Assembly: GCA_964016885.1 (NCBI GenBank) | Contig: OZ024762.1 | Coordinates: forward strand, 20,212,001 to 20,276,000 | DNA: 64,000 nt | Direction of reading: 5' to 3' | Source: Eledone cirrhosa | Taxonomy: Eukaryota | Shown here: positions 17,801 through 31,740 of the stretch, one piece after another | Layout of the letters: every line of letters begins with the position of its first letter | Position numbering within the stretch: the first letter of the stretch is position 1 | Program-made: the position numbers and the translations under genes | Notes under the pieces: generated by a model | Database searches by the model: none | What the model was told of the DNA's origin: nothing | What the model saw: only the letters and a program-made list of their open reading frames with translations

Positions 17801-19730
17801 TGACAAAATCACCCAGTACACACTGTAAAGTGGTTGTGTAGGTGTCATGACAAAATCACCCAGTACACACTGTAAAGTGGTTGTGTAGGTGTCATGACAA
17901 AATCACCCAGTACACACTGTAAAGTGGTTGTGTAGGTGTCATGACAAAATCACCCAGTACACACTGTAAAGTGGTTGTGTAGGTGTCATGACAAAATCAC
18001 CCAGTACACACTGTAAAGTGGTTGTGTAGGTGTCATGACAAAATCACCCAGTATGCACTGTAAAGTGGTTGTGTAGGTGTCATGACAAAATCACCCAGTA
18101 TGCACTGTAAAGTGGTTGTGTAGGTGTCATGACAAAATCACCCAGTACACACTGTAAAATGGTTGTGTAGGTGTCATGACAAAATCACCCAGTACACACT
18201 GTAAAGTGGTTGTGTAGGTGTCATGACAAAATCACCCAGTATGCACTGTAAAGTGGTTGTGTAGGTGTCATGACAAAATCACCCAGTATGCACTGTAAAG
18301 TGGTTGTGTAGGTGTCATGACAAAATCACCCAGTACACACTGTAAAGTGGCTGTGTAGGTGTCATGACAAAATCACCCAGTACACACTGTAAAGTGGTTG
18401 TGTAGGTCTCATGACAAAATCACCCAGCACACACTGTAAAGTGGTTGTGTAGGTGTCATGACAAAATCACCCAGTATGCACTGTAAAGTGGTTGTGTAGG
18501 TGTCATGACAAAAAGCACCTAGCACACACTGTAAAGTGGTTGTGTAGGTGTCATGACAAAATCACCCAGTACACACTGTAAAGTGGTTGTGTAGGTGTCA
18601 TGACAAAATCACCCAGTACACACTGTAAAGTGGTTGTGTAGGTGTCATGACAAAATCACCCAGTACACACTGTAAAGTGGTTGTGTAGGTGTCATGACAA
18701 AATCACCCAGTACACACTGTAAAGTGGTTGTGTAGGTGTCATGACAAAATCACCCAGTACACACTGTAAAGTGGTTGTGTAGGTGTCATGACAAAATCAC
18801 CCAGTACATACTGTAAAATGGTTGTGTAGGTGTCATGACAAAATCACCCAGTACACACTGTAAAGTGGTTGTGTAGGTGTCATGACAAAATCACCCAGTA
18901 CACACTGTAAAGTGGTTGTGTAGGTGTCATGACAAAATCACCCAGTATGCACTGTAAAGTGGTTGTGTAGGTGTCATGACAAAATCACCCAGTATGCACT
19001 GTAAAGTGGTTGTGTAGGTGTCATGACAAAATCACCCAGTACACACTGTAAAGTGGCTGTGTAGGTGTCATGACAAAATCACCCAGTACACACTGTAAAG
19101 TGGTTGTGTAGGTCTCATGACAAAATCACCCAGCACACACTGTAAAGTGGTTGTGTAGGTGTCATGACAAAATCACCCAGTATGCACTGTAAAGTGGTTG
19201 TGTAGGTGTCATGACAAAAAGCACCTAGCACACACTGTAAAGTGGTTGTGTAGGTGTCATGACAAAATCACCCAGTACACACTGTAAAGTGGTTGTGTAG
19301 GTGTCATGACAAAATCACCCAGTACACACTGTAAAGTGGTTGTGTAGGTGTCATGACAAAATCACCCAGTACACACTGTAAAGTGGTTGTGTAGGTGTCA
19401 TGACAAAATCACCCAGTACACACTGTAAAGTGGTTGTGTAGGTGTCATGACAAAATCACCCAGTACACACTGTAAAGTGGTTGTGTAGGTGACATGACAA
19501 AATCACCCAGTACACACTGTAAAGTGGTTGTGTAGGTGTCATGACAAAATCACCCAGTATGCACTGTAAAGTGGTTGTGTAGGTGTCATGACAAAATCAC
19601 CCAGTACACACTGTAAAATGGTTGTGTAGGTGTCATGACAAAATCACCCAGCACACACTGTAAAGTGGTTGTGTAGGTGTCATGACAAAATCACCCAGTA
19701 CACACTGTAAAGTGGTTGTGTAGGTCTCAT
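14895..19730 (+). repeat. 47-bp tandem satellite, about 103 copies (CACCCAGTACACACTGTAAAGTGGTTGTGTAGGTGTCATGACAAAAT)
   Basis: Period of 47 measured (14941 to 14988); near-identical units; no spacers. Confidence 0.97.
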
Positions 19731-20073
19731 GAAACAAGTTTGGCCAGCTGAGCGTGCCATACCTTGTTCAAACAAAACTGTATTTTGGCTGGGATTTTTA
19801 AAGCTGGATGCCCTTTCTAACACCAACCCCGTTTACAGTGTGGATTTGGATGGTACCGTTATGAGGACGGTTTGGCCAGTTGACCACACCATGAGCTGGG
19901 AAGTCCCATTATGAGGGAGTTCAAACCAGTTGGCTGCACCAAGCCTTACTCATAGTAGAGTCCTGGGTGGCACTGTTATGAGGAGGGTTTGGCCAGTTGG
20001 CCATGCCATTCCCTGCTCACATCAGAACCATAATTTGGGAGCTGGGTGGTACCATTATGTAAAAATAAGCAAG

Positions 20074-20111
<38 letters not shown>

Positions 20112-20572
20112 AGTGAGCGAGTGTGTGTGTATGTGTGTGTGTGTGTATAGGTATATGTGTGTGTGCATATATATATATACATGTGTTTATATATATATGT
20201 ATGTATGATGTGTATGTATCATCATCATCATTTCATTTTACGTCCGCTCTTTCCCTGCTTGCAAGGGTGGGACGGGAACTGATTCTGGCTTGATTTCTAC
20301 AGCTGGATGCCCTTCCTAACACCAACCTCATTTACAGTGAGTGCTGGGTGCTTCTTTGCCGTGGCACCTCCACAACCACTTTGCAGTGGAATGATGGGGA
20401 CCCCAGTCCCTATCATCTCATTTCTACAGCTGAGTAAACTGGATCAATGTGAAATAAAGTGTCTTGCTCCAGGAAACAACACATCACCCGGTCTGAGAAT
20501 TGAACTCACAACCTTTCGATTGCAAGCTCAATGCTTTAACCACTAAGCCATGTGCCTCCATATGTATGTATG

Positions 20573-20609
<37 letters not shown>

Positions 20610-22335
20610 ATATATATATATATAGGAATGAAGAAAGGAATTATGCGCTGATTATGTGTCTGCTGCCTGTCTATCTGTCAGTTTATCTGTCAACTTGTCT
20701 GTGCGTGTCTCTTGTCTCTAATTCTGTGATTGTCTGTTACTTTCTAACTTTATTACAGTCAAGTTTTATTTGTGTGATCAGGTTTCAATCCCCAACTGAA
20801 GTGATTGTGAATGTCCCCATGTCCCCGTGTTCCCATGTCCCCAATTTCTAAAAACAAAGAAAAAAGAAAAAAAAGAATGCACACGCATACAGACAGAGGT
20901 AAAAACATGGCGGCAGCCTAACTTCCCCTGCTTTGTTCTCCATTAAATCTCCAGCCACAATACCAACTTTCACATAACAATCTAACCTACATTCTATTAG
21001 CTTTTTCAAGTATAATGAAAAATAGAATTTTAAAACTTTAATGAAGTTAAACCAACAACATAAACACAAACAACAATAACAAACAAAGAAAAACCTTTCA
21101 GTTATTTATTTTTTAGTCTACCCTGGAGACAGACATAGTTTAATGAGATATTTTTGTTGTTATAGGAACACTGTTGTTGCTGCCTGAGAGTATGTTTAGG
21201 TTTAAGTTAATTAAGGGTGTAACTATAAACTAATTAAAATGGTAACAAAGATTGAAACTCTGTAATGTTATCAGCTAGCCAACTAACCTGAAGCTAAATT
21301 ATTATCCTAACAACCGTGTGGCTTAATTATGTGGCTTAATTACATGAATAATTGTTTCTGATTTCGGCATAAGGCCAAGAATTTTGAGGGAGGGAAAAGT
21401 TGATTAAATCAACCCCAGTGCGTTACTGGTATTTTATTTTATCGACTCTGTAAGTATAAAAGGTAAAGCTAACCCCAGTGGGAGTTGAACTCTAAAATAA
21501 TGGTTTCTGATTTAGGCACAAGCCCAACAATTTTAAGGGAGGGGAAAGTCAATTAAATTTACCCCAGTGCATTACTGGTACTATATTTTATCAACTCTGT
21601 AAGGATGAGAGGCACCAGTACATTACTGGTATTTTATTTTAGCGACCCTGTAAGGACAAAAGCCAAAACTAACCTTGGTGGGAGTTGAACTCTAAAATAA
21701 TTGTTTCTACTATTGGCACAAGGCCAGCAATTACCCAGTACATTACTGGTACTTTATTTTATCGACCCCATAAGGATGAAAGGCAAAGTTAACCTCGGCG
21801 GGATTTGAACTCAGAATGGCAAGGGCCGTAACTCTATGCGTCAAAGCATGGCGTCCGACCCTCTACCGATACTGCCAAAATAATGATTTCTGATTTAGGG
21901 ACAAGGACGACAATTTTGAGGGAGGGAAAAGTCAATTAAATTTACCCCAGTGCATTACTGGTACTATATTTTATCAACTCTGTAAGGATGAGAGGCAAAG
22001 CTAACCTCAGTGGGATTTGAACTAAGAATATAAACAGACGTAACTCTATGCCACAAAGCATGTTGTCTGATGTTCTACAGATCCTGCCAATCTACCATCC
22101 TACTATGAATAATGAAACCTCTTTGGTGTTTAACTTCTAAGATATGTCTTTTAGCTCAGTCCACTAAGCCACATGTTCAATTCATACTACATATACTACA
22201 CTGATTTCTATTTACTACAGTTAACCTTTTTGCCACCATATTTCAAAAGAAATACTTCACCAAATTATTTTAATTACTTTATATTCTCGAATATAAACCA
22301 AGGAATATGTGGCCAAATATATATATATATATATA

Positions 22336-22773
22336 TAAAATAATTAAGTCAAATATGTAAAATTTGGCTTCGTTTATTATAAATTATAGATATACTGCTA
22401 TATATATTTTGGTGACGGCCATCATTTGCTGTGACCTCTTCAGGCAGTCCGAATTGGTGTGGGAAAGACAGGTACACATGTTGTTGAAGTGTCAATATGT
22501 CCAGCTCTTGGTTGTGTTGTTATTGCTCTGAGGAATTGGAACCATATGGTTCCAGTTCCTCAGAGGATAACAACACAACCAGGAGCTGGACATATCGATG
22601 TATTGACGGAGTAAAAAACACTTCAACAACATGTGTACCTGTCTTTGCCACACCAATTCGGACTGCCTGAAGAGGTCACAGCCAATGATGGCCGTCACCA
22701 AAATATATATAGCAGTATATCTATAATTTATAATAAACGAAGCCAAATTTTACATATTTGACTTAATTATTTT
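22336..22773. mobile_element. Fold-back palindrome of about 210-bp arms, probable Penelope-like terminal remnant
   Basis: Spacerless centre GGAACCAT|ATGGTTCC at 22545/6; flanked by (TA)n; unpaired tail 22774-22868; degenerate CTGAAGA-GGTCA..TGGCC core lacking GAAA. Confidence 0.6.
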
Positions 22774-23387
22774 ACATTACTCCAGAGTAAACAAACCAAC
22801 CTACGTACTTCGTCGAGTGCTCCAATCTGCATACTGAGGTGTCAGTAAACAACCAATATATACTCAATATATATATATATATATATATAGCCAAGTTTAA
22901 GTCATTTACAACCAAGTTCTAACAAGTTTAGGCTGATTTAAATCGCAGAGAAATTTATGAATATTCAAACCTGTCCAAAACATTTTTTACTGCAACAATG
23001 GTGAAGGACAAAAATAAATAAAAGCAAAGTTAAAACAAAAAAAAAACCTTTTGTTTTATCTCTTGTTAATTATTTTACAACTTATTCAAATTCTGCTCAC
23101 ACAGTTAATTTTGAAAATTATTCAGTGCAGCACTATAATTATAACACATTTTAACATACAAAGTGTAACACTATGGGGTACACATGAAGATATGTGGTAC
23201 AGTGGTCAGGGAATTTGATTCAAAGTTATTAGATCAGGAACACACAGCTCACGTTATTCTTTGTATAAAGAGAATAACATAAAGTATGTTTACACTTGTT
23301 TATTTTCACTCTATGTTTATTTAAAAACTGCAGTTTTATCATCATCATCATCACTGTTTAGCGTCCAGTTTTCCATGCTTGCATAGG

Positions 23388-23442
<55 letters not shown>

Positions 23443-23526
23443 AAAGGTAAACAGAAATAACAACACAATCGGTACAGTATATGTAAGGAATATATTAGGT
23501 TAACGCTTGAAATAGCAGCAAGAGGG

Positions 23527-23561
23527 TCTTAACGTTTCGGCACTAGTCCTTCATCAGAAGA
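23527..23561 (-). ncRNA. Minimal type-I hammerhead ribozyme motif (Penelope-like)
   Basis: Minus strand TCTT-CTGATGA-AGGACTAGTGCC-GAAAC-GTT-AAGA; paralogue of 39380. Confidence 0.55.
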
Positions 23562-23994
23562 AAGAATGAGAAATTAGGTAGATTGAAGGGATAGGTGAGT
23601 GGAATTGGAAAAAATGTTTTTAGAGAAAAATATCTCATATATATATATCTCTTATATATATCATCATCATCATCATCTTACGTCTGCTTTTCCCTGCTTG
23701 CAAGAGTGGGACGGGAACTGATTCTGGCTTGATTTCTACAGCTGGATGCCCTTCCTAACACCAACCTCATTTACATTGAGTGCTGGGTGTTTTTTTACCG
23801 TGGGACCTCCACGACCACTTTGCAGTGGAATGATAGGGACCCCAGTCCCTATCATCTCATTTCTACAGCTGAGTAAACTGGAGCAATGTGAAATAAAGTG
23901 TCTTGCTCAAGGAAACAACACATCACCCGGTCTGAGAATTGAACTCACAACCTTTCGATTGCAAGGTTGTGAGTTCAATTCTTGGACCGGGTGA

Positions 23995-24292
23995 TAACCA
24001 TGTAGGAAATTGATATTAAGAAATGTGATTAATTTATGGAAGATTGTGTAACCATGTAGGAAATAGATATTAAGCAATGTGATAAATATATGGAAGATTG
24101 TGTAACCATGTAGGAAATCGATATTAAGCAATGTGATAAATATATGGAAGATTATATAACCATGTAGGAAATAGATATTAATAAATTTATGGAAGATTAT
24201 ATAAACATGTAGGAAACTGATATATAAGAAATGTGATAAATTTATGGAAGATTAGGTAACCATGTAGGAAACTGATATTAAGAAATGTGATA
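23995..24292. repeat. About 54-bp tandem minisatellite, 5-6 copies
   Basis: taaccatgtaggaaa...tggaagattgtg repeated. Confidence 0.85.
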
Positions 24293-24751
24293 ACTTGATT
24301 GAACATTATATAAACATGTTCATTTCATCATCATCATTTCATTTTACGTTCGCTTTTTCCCTGCTTGCAAGAGTGGGACGGGAACTGATTCTGGCTTGAT
24401 TTCTACAGCTGGATGCCCTTCCTAACACCAACCTCATTTACATTGAGTGCTGGGTGCTTTTTTACCGTGGGACTTTCACGACCACTTTGCAGTGGAATGA
24501 TAGGGACCCCAGTCCCTATCATCTCATTTCTACAGCTGAGTAAACTGGAGCAATGTGAAATAAAGTGTCTTGCTCAAGGAAACAACACATCACCTGGTCT
24601 GAGAATTGAATGTTCTAAATTATTATTAAGAATTTCATTAAAATAACTATTACTTTTTACAATAGTCCCTCACTAGAAGAAATGTAGCAAAGATGTATGA
24701 ATTTTCTTGTTAATTCAGCTACATTTTATTTTCTTATAATTTATTTTTCAG

Positions 24752-24830
24752 CCACAGAGAACAACAATACTGTGATGGAGAGAAACAAAATAAAATATCA
24801 TCTAAACACATTTCAAAACACACATCACAG
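24752..24830 (+). CDS. Candidate internal exon of the unidentified gene (HREQQYCDGEKQNKISSKHISKHTSQ)
   Basis: Strong tttatttttcag acceptor and CAG|GTAAAT donor around 79 nt of unique sequence with open frames. Confidence 0.45.
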
Positions 24831-25120
24831 GTAAATATTTCTTACAATATTGATTTCTTTTGATGAGGAAGACAAATTTTTGTAATAATTGTTTCTTTCT
24901 TTGGCACAAGGCCAGCAATTACCCCAGTGTATTACTGGTACTTTATTTTATCGACCCCCGTAAGGATGAAAGGCAAAGTTAACCTCGGCCGGATTTGAAC
25001 TCAGAATGGCAAGGGCCGTAACTCTATGCGTCAAAGCATGGCGCCCGACCCACTACCGATACTGCCAATCCACCGCCATTTTGTATCCAATCCACCAAAT
25101 TTTTGTAATACTAATAATAA

Positions 25121-25670
25121 TCTATATCTATTCTATATATAATATAAAAGAGAGATGTTTATTGATTGGTTTGTTGGTTGAATCACAAGAAAACTACACA
25201 CCCACAACTACACACACACATCTAAAGAGAGAGAGAGACACAGGGGAAGAGGCAGAAAGAGAGAGATAGGTCATTATACAGAGAGAGATACAATTAAAGT
25301 GTGAGATATTCAGAAAGAGAGAGAGAAAATGACGTCTCACAAAAGTCTAGAATCGGCTTAAACTTGCAGGTTTACATTAGCTTTTATAAAGTAGTTTTAC
25401 AGTCTTTGATTTTACAGAACAAAGAAAAACTGACACTATTTGAAATTAATTTATCCTCCAGCTTTTATCCATATACTACTTACAGACCGTACTAATGAAG
25501 CTAAACACTTCAGAAGCAATGTTATGAGGTATATTGCTGCGTTTCAGATGACGTCCTTTAGAGCTGAAAAAGATTGTACTGACTATGGTTATTTCACATT
25601 TAAAATCCAAGGCCAATGCTACCATTTAATCAGCAGTTTACTCCCCCAGCCTAATAAGAAAGTTTTATGT
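25121..25670 (+). mobile_element. Helitron remnant (5' end plus RepHel N-terminal fragment)
   Basis: A|TCTATATCTATTCTATATATAATATAAAA 5'-end style; HFRSNVMRYIAAFQMTSF...FTFKIQGQCYHLISSLLP matches the conserved Helitron Y-N-x-x-F-Q-M-T-S-F...F-K-x-Q-G-Q-x-Y-H motif as recalled. Confidence 0.75.
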
Positions 25671-25674
25671 TGTG

Positions 25675-25707
<33 letters not shown>

Positions 25708-26810
25708 TTATGATCCCACCTCATACCAGACAACACATCCAATACAGTCATTTTCTCTTTTATCTGTCTTCTCTTAACTGTTCTCCTGGGCATAGCCAGG
25801 TACCTCAGCTAGTATTATATATAATAATCGGAGAACTGCGAGACTCTGTCAGGGATATTTTTTCTGAACACATTATCAAAATAAGAGAGGCAAACCAAGG
25901 AAGACCTATGTGGAGGTGATGAGAGCTGATCTCAAATTGCTGGGACTCATGGAGGAGAGGATGAAGGAACGCGACAAATGGAGAGATGCTATGCTGAAAA
26001 GACCCGCCCAAGCCATGCATGTGTGGAAAAATGAACGTATAAACGACAATGATGATGATGATGATAATGATAAAATATATATGTGAGTAAGGGTAAAAGG
26101 TAAAATCCCCTTCAGTCCCAAATGACCATGGGATTTGCACCTAGAAAGTTTCCCTCTGAGGCAGAAGTCCGAGCAGGTTGTTTGTGGAAGACCAGCAGTT
26201 GCCCATGCACGACAATCTCCCCTCTCCACGCCACTGATCTTGTCCAAGGGATAACACAACTAATTTCTACAGTTGAGTAAACTGGAGCAATGGGAAATAA
26301 AGTCTCTTGCTCAAGAATACAACGTAAACCCTGGTCTGAGAATTGAACTTGCGATTGTAAGCTCAACGCTCTAACCACTAAGCCATGTGCCTATATATAT
26401 ATATATCTATCTATCTAAGGCGGGTAAAATTCCCGAGATCCATGGACGAGTTCTCTCCAGCGGTCTCTGTCCCTCATTATCGCTGCCATGTCCTGCGTCT
26501 CCAACAGACCAGTGTCTGTCCGTAGGGCATCAACATATATATATAAGAATAAAGGAACAAGGATTCAGTGTTGCATCATAACATATTTAATAAAATATTA
26601 CATATGTTTCACTATCAATCAGCTCGAGGAAAGACCTATTATAGATCGAAGCTGACTCTGTAATCGAAAGATTATCAGATATGTTTCTTATGTGACCTTG
26701 CCTCCGATAGTATTATACTCTGCTCTGTGTGAGCATCAAGTGCTCAACTGGCATACTGGCTACAGGCGCAATTTTTCTTGCAGCCATACACCTATATATA
26801 TTATATATAT

Positions 26811-27150
26811 AAGAGGGATAAGTTGTGGTGTGCAGGAGAGAAGGTTGAGATGGTATGGACATGTGATGTGCATGGAGGATGACCGATGGGTGAAGAAGTG
26901 CCATGAAATCCCAGTGGAGGGAAGACGCAGTAGAGGTAGACCACGAAAAACATGGGCGGAGGTGGTGAGAGCAGACCTCAGATCGCTGAAACTCACGGAG
27001 GAGATGACGAAGGACCGTGACAAGTGGAGAGATGCTGTGCTGAATAGGACCCGTCCAACCCTTGCAAGCAGGGAATCACTCTGTCATGCTTTCTCTCTCA
27101 ATGTCCCTCTCTGTCCCTAGGGAAAAGCGGATGTAAAATGATGATGATGA
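26811..27150 (+). mobile_element. RTE-clade LINE 3' remnant (others 25800-26065 +, 32755-33160 -, 45005-45460 +, 48945-49190 +, 63417-64000 +)
   Basis: RRLRWYGHVMCMEDDRWVKKC...EGRRSRGRPRKTW...DRDKWR, then (ATG)n tail. Confidence 0.85.
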
Positions 27151-28804
27151 TATATATATATATATCATCATCATCATTGAATGTCTATCTTCCATGCTTG
27201 CATGGGTTATATATATATATATATATACATACCTACTTACCTAGATATATAGATTTGAGTTAGGTAATCTGGCCAGTTTTTTTTGTTTCAGTGTCTGCTC
27301 GGTTTCCTACCCTTCCCCAGTCAGCCCCACTCTCGCTCCATTCCTATACAAACCTCATTATTTAATCTAGTATGAATAATATCAATACTACAAACACACA
27401 CACGCACACACTAACACACACACTAAAACCCCCTACCATCCCCTACACACACACAGCAACACTTTATAATGCTTTAAATTTGTTAAGTGAATAACTTCAA
27501 AAAACACGAAACCTTGATAAAGAATTACAAAGATATTTGGCAAACAACATCATCAACAACAACATCATCAACAGCATTAACCCCAACGCCACCACCACCA
27601 CTACCCCCACCACCACCATCAACAAGAACACCACCATCGTCAATGCTGCCGCCATCACCACCATCTACAACAACATTATCACTAGTATCTCAGCTTGATT
27701 AATTCCTGACCTTCTTCTCAAGCTATTTGCTATTTGTTCGCTGTTTCTTTTAGTACATTTTAATGTTGTTGTTGCTATTGTTGCTATTGTTGCTATTGTT
27801 GGTGTTGGTATTGTTGTTGTTGCTATTGTTGGTGTTGTTGTTGTTCTATATTTACTTTTGATACAACAGATCGAGCTGTCTCACTGAACATTTTTTCTCC
27901 AAATAATTTTATTGTTGAGTGCATGCACGACGGTTTCATCAATCTGCGCACATCTCAGAAATGCCTGTAGAGTTTAACACGGACCAGCAATGCTCTCCAG
28001 TAGCATTGCCAGACCAGGTCAGGCCAAGGATTAATAATAATTGTTTCTACATTAGGCACAAGGCCAGCAAATACCAAGTGTATTACTGGTACTTTATTTT
28101 ATCGACCCCGTAAGGATGAAAGGTAAAGTCAACCTCGGCGGGATTTGAACTCAGACGTAAAGGGCCATAACTCTAAAAAATAATTGTTTCTACTTTAGGC
28201 ACAAGGCCAGCAATTACCCAGTGCATTACTGGTACTTCATTTTATCGACCCCGTATGGATGAAAGGCAAAGTTAACCTCGGGGTGATTTGGACTCAGATC
28301 GTAAAGGGACGTAACTATGCTGGAAAGCATGGCGTCCGACCCTCTACCAATACTGCCAATCCACTGCCCTAGGATTAATAATAATAATAATAATAATTGT
28401 TTCTACTATTGGCACAAGGCCAGCAATTACCCAGTGCATTACTGGTACTTTATTTTATCGACCCCGTAAGGGTGAAAGGCAAAGTTAACCTCGGCAGGAT
28501 TTGAACTCAGAATGGCAAGGGCCGTAACTCTATGCGTCAAAGCATGGCGTCCGACCCTCTACCGATACTGCCAATCCAATAATAATAATAATAATAATAA
28601 TGGTTTCTAAGATAGGCTAAAGGCCAGTAATTCTGGGGGAGGGAAAGTTGATTAAACCACCCCCAGTGTATTACTGGTACTTTATTTTATCAACCCTGTA
28701 AGGAAGAAAGGCAAAGTTAACCTCGCAGGATTTGAGATCAGAACGTAAATGGCCATAACTCTATGCTGCAAAGCATGGTGTCTGACGTTTTACCAATACT
28801 GCCA

Positions 28805-29320
28805 ATAATAATAATAATAATAATAATGTTTTCTTTATTAACCACAAGGGTTCACATAAAGTAGACATTAAGGACAGTACAGGACAATACAGGACGGTAC
28901 AAATGGGCATTTCTGCGTGTAAAAAACAGAGGTTGAAATAAAATAACAAAGAAAAATTCCCCAATAGGGGGGAGACTTCCAAGGGATATTTGTGGAGAAA
29001 GCCCATTAAAAGACCACAGTGGCCCTGACCACCAGGGCAAGTGCCCTCTCCCAGTTTTCCACCTTTAATTTACAGACACATACTCAGAGAAGGCCCATTC
29101 ATTCGGGCCATACTTGCTTCTCTCACCCATCTTTCAACAAAATGCTGGGAAGAGAGCACTTCCCTCTCTACCCTGACTTTCCTTTTCAAATGAAATTTGA
29201 AAAAGTTAATCAGGGCATCACCGAAGAGGTAAGTGCTCGTCTTCAGCCCTTTCAAACGTGTCCACCATACTATCTCTTTCGCCATGGCCACCAGACAGAT
29301 AAAAACTGCCTGCCCTTCCA
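28805..29320 (-). mobile_element. L1/Tx1-like LINE 3' remnant (related pieces about 29905-30410 and 33690-33805)
   Basis: LVAMAKEIVWWTR...FVERW resembles the Tx1 ORF2 C-terminus; AATAAAG followed by (ATT)n tail on the minus strand. Confidence 0.6.
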
Positions 29321-29437
29321 TTACTGGTACTTTATTAATAATAATTGTTTCTACTTTAGGCACAAGGCCAACAATTACCCAGTGCATTACTGGTACCATG
29401 AAAAAAAAACATTATGATGTCAGAGAATGAAAAGACA

Positions 29438-29861
29438 GTGTATGTATGTATGTATGTATGTATGTATGTGTGTGTGTGTGTATGTGTGTATGTATGTATG
29501 TGTGTGTGTATGTGTGTATGTATGTGTGTGTGTATGTATGTGTGTATGTGTGTATGTATGTGTGTATGTATGTGTGTATGTATGTGTGTATGTATGTATG
29601 TATGTATATGTATGTGTGTGTATGTATGTGTGTATGTATGTATGTGTGTATGTATGTATGTGTGTATGTATGTATGTATGTGTGTATGTATGTATGTGTG
29701 TATGTATGTGTGTATGTATGTGTGTATGTATGTATGTGTGTATGTATGTGTGTATGTATGCATGTATGTATGTATGTGTGTATGTGTGTATGTATGTATG
29801 TATGTGTGTATGTATGTGTGTATGTATGTATGTATGTATGTATGTGTGTATGTATGTATGT
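29438..29861. repeat. (TATG/TG)n microsatellite
   Basis: Direct inspection. Confidence 0.9.
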
Positions 29862-30513
29862 AATGGTGCATGGTTTTTGCATGGAAACAATTGTTGTTGC
29901 TTTTAATAATAATGATTTCTTTATTAGCCACACAGGGCTCACATTAAGAAAACATTAAAGACAGCACAGGACGGTAGAGTGTGGGATTTTGAGGAAAATC
30001 TTGTCTATGTAGGGCACAGGATTGGTTGCAGTGAGGGACCTTTGTCAACATGTTGACTACTCCTTAACTGAAATATCCAGGTTGTTTTAACAATACAATA
30101 GATGAGGGTAGGGGGTGACATGGTTGGGGTTGGATGGGGGGCGGGAGTTACACTGGAATCGAGTAGAAAGAAATTAACAAATAAATAACAATGAAGAATA
30201 GAGTTGCAACAATAAAAATTCCCCCAATAGGGGGAGGTGGACCATCCAAAGGTGACTTAGGAACCCCACAAATCCTAAACCATTCGATGCTCGAAGAAAG
30301 CACCCTCAGAGGGCAGCCCCTCTGCTCTCTAATTCAACCAGCCTACAAGCGCTTGGTCAGAGTAGGCCCATTCACACGGGCCATTCTTGCAACATTCACT
30401 CACCTTTAAGCAAATAAAAATAATAATAATAAACTATTCAAGTAATTTATTTGCACAGTCTTATTGCTAGGCTATGCTGTGATGTTGGTACGTGTTGGTG
30501 GCCTATGTATGTA

Positions 30514-30562
<49 letters not shown>

Positions 30563-30572
30563 ATATATATAT

Positions 30573-30737
30573 ATAGGAACCAGTAAGACCCCGACAGCTG
30601 AGCTCAAGCCGTTTCGACGGCTAATTCTGGAATTAGCTGTCGGGGTCTTACTGGTTCCTATTACCCACTCTACTACCTCAAGTATTGAGTACTTTGGTGC
30701 GTTATGGTCCACCTGGTTCCTTACCACATTTCCTTCG

Positions 30738-30740
<3 letters not shown>
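30573..30740 (+). mobile_element. Short fold-back element family in (TA)n (copies 31283-31453, 41538-41720, 42157-42220, 48622-48787, 50583-50730, 56614-56730); probable Penelope-like pLTR end
   Basis: TAGGAA...CCCCGAC arm, inverted GTCGGGG...TTCCTA arm and a constant ~80-bp tail; most copies are directly bounded by TA runs. Confidence 0.7.
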
Positions 30741-30779
<39 letters not shown>

Positions 30780-30863
30780 GTATATATATGCATACATATA
30801 TATATATATATATATACATACATATATAAATACATACATATATATGTGTATATAAATAAATAA

Positions 30864-30910
<47 letters not shown>

Positions 30911-31002
30911 GAGGTTATATTTAATTTGTTGGGATACAACAAGCTTAAAAATATTTTTGTAACTGATATAAAACACTCAACAGATTATAGGAGTAAATAT
31001 AC

Positions 31003-31034
<32 letters not shown>

Positions 31035-31194
31035 CCGTTTTACGTCCGTTCTTCCACACTTTCATGGGTTAGACGGTACAATATATTAACAAATGGAAAC
31101 TATATTTATAAAACCATATTTATTTTATTATATATATTTCAATTTTTTTTTTAAAGGCATATATATATATATATATATATAGGGCCACCAAGGC

Positions 31195-31225
<31 letters not shown>

Positions 31226-31240
31226 CACCAAGGCATATAT

Positions 31241-31286
<46 letters not shown>

Positions 31287-31740
31287 GGAACGAGTAGGAC
31301 CCCGACGGCTGAGCTCAAGCCGTTTCGACGGCTAATTCGTCCAGAATTAGCCGTCGGGGTCCTACTCGTTCCTATTACCCACTCTACTACCCTAAGTATT
31401 GAGTACTTTGGTGCGTTATGGTCCACCTGGTTCCTTACCACATTTCCTCCATTATATATATATATATATATATATATAATTGTTTCTACTTTTGGCACAG
31501 GGCCAGCAATTATCCCAGTGCATTACTGGTACTTTATTTTATCGACCCTGTAAGGATGAAAGGCAAAGTTAACCTCGGCGGGATTTGAACTCAGAATGGC
31601 AAGGGCCGTAACTCTATGCCTCAAAGCATAGCGTCCGACCCTCTACCGATACTGCCAATCCACCGCCCTCAGATATATATAATGGCTGCACGTATGTGCA
31701 CTCACAAACAGGTCAATCTCCCAATGTCACTCTGTTCCTG

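Noticed and set aside
14895-19730. CRISPR array
   Set aside because: Units are contiguous with no unique spacers, there are no cas genes, the context is eukaryotic and the unit derives from a LINE tail.
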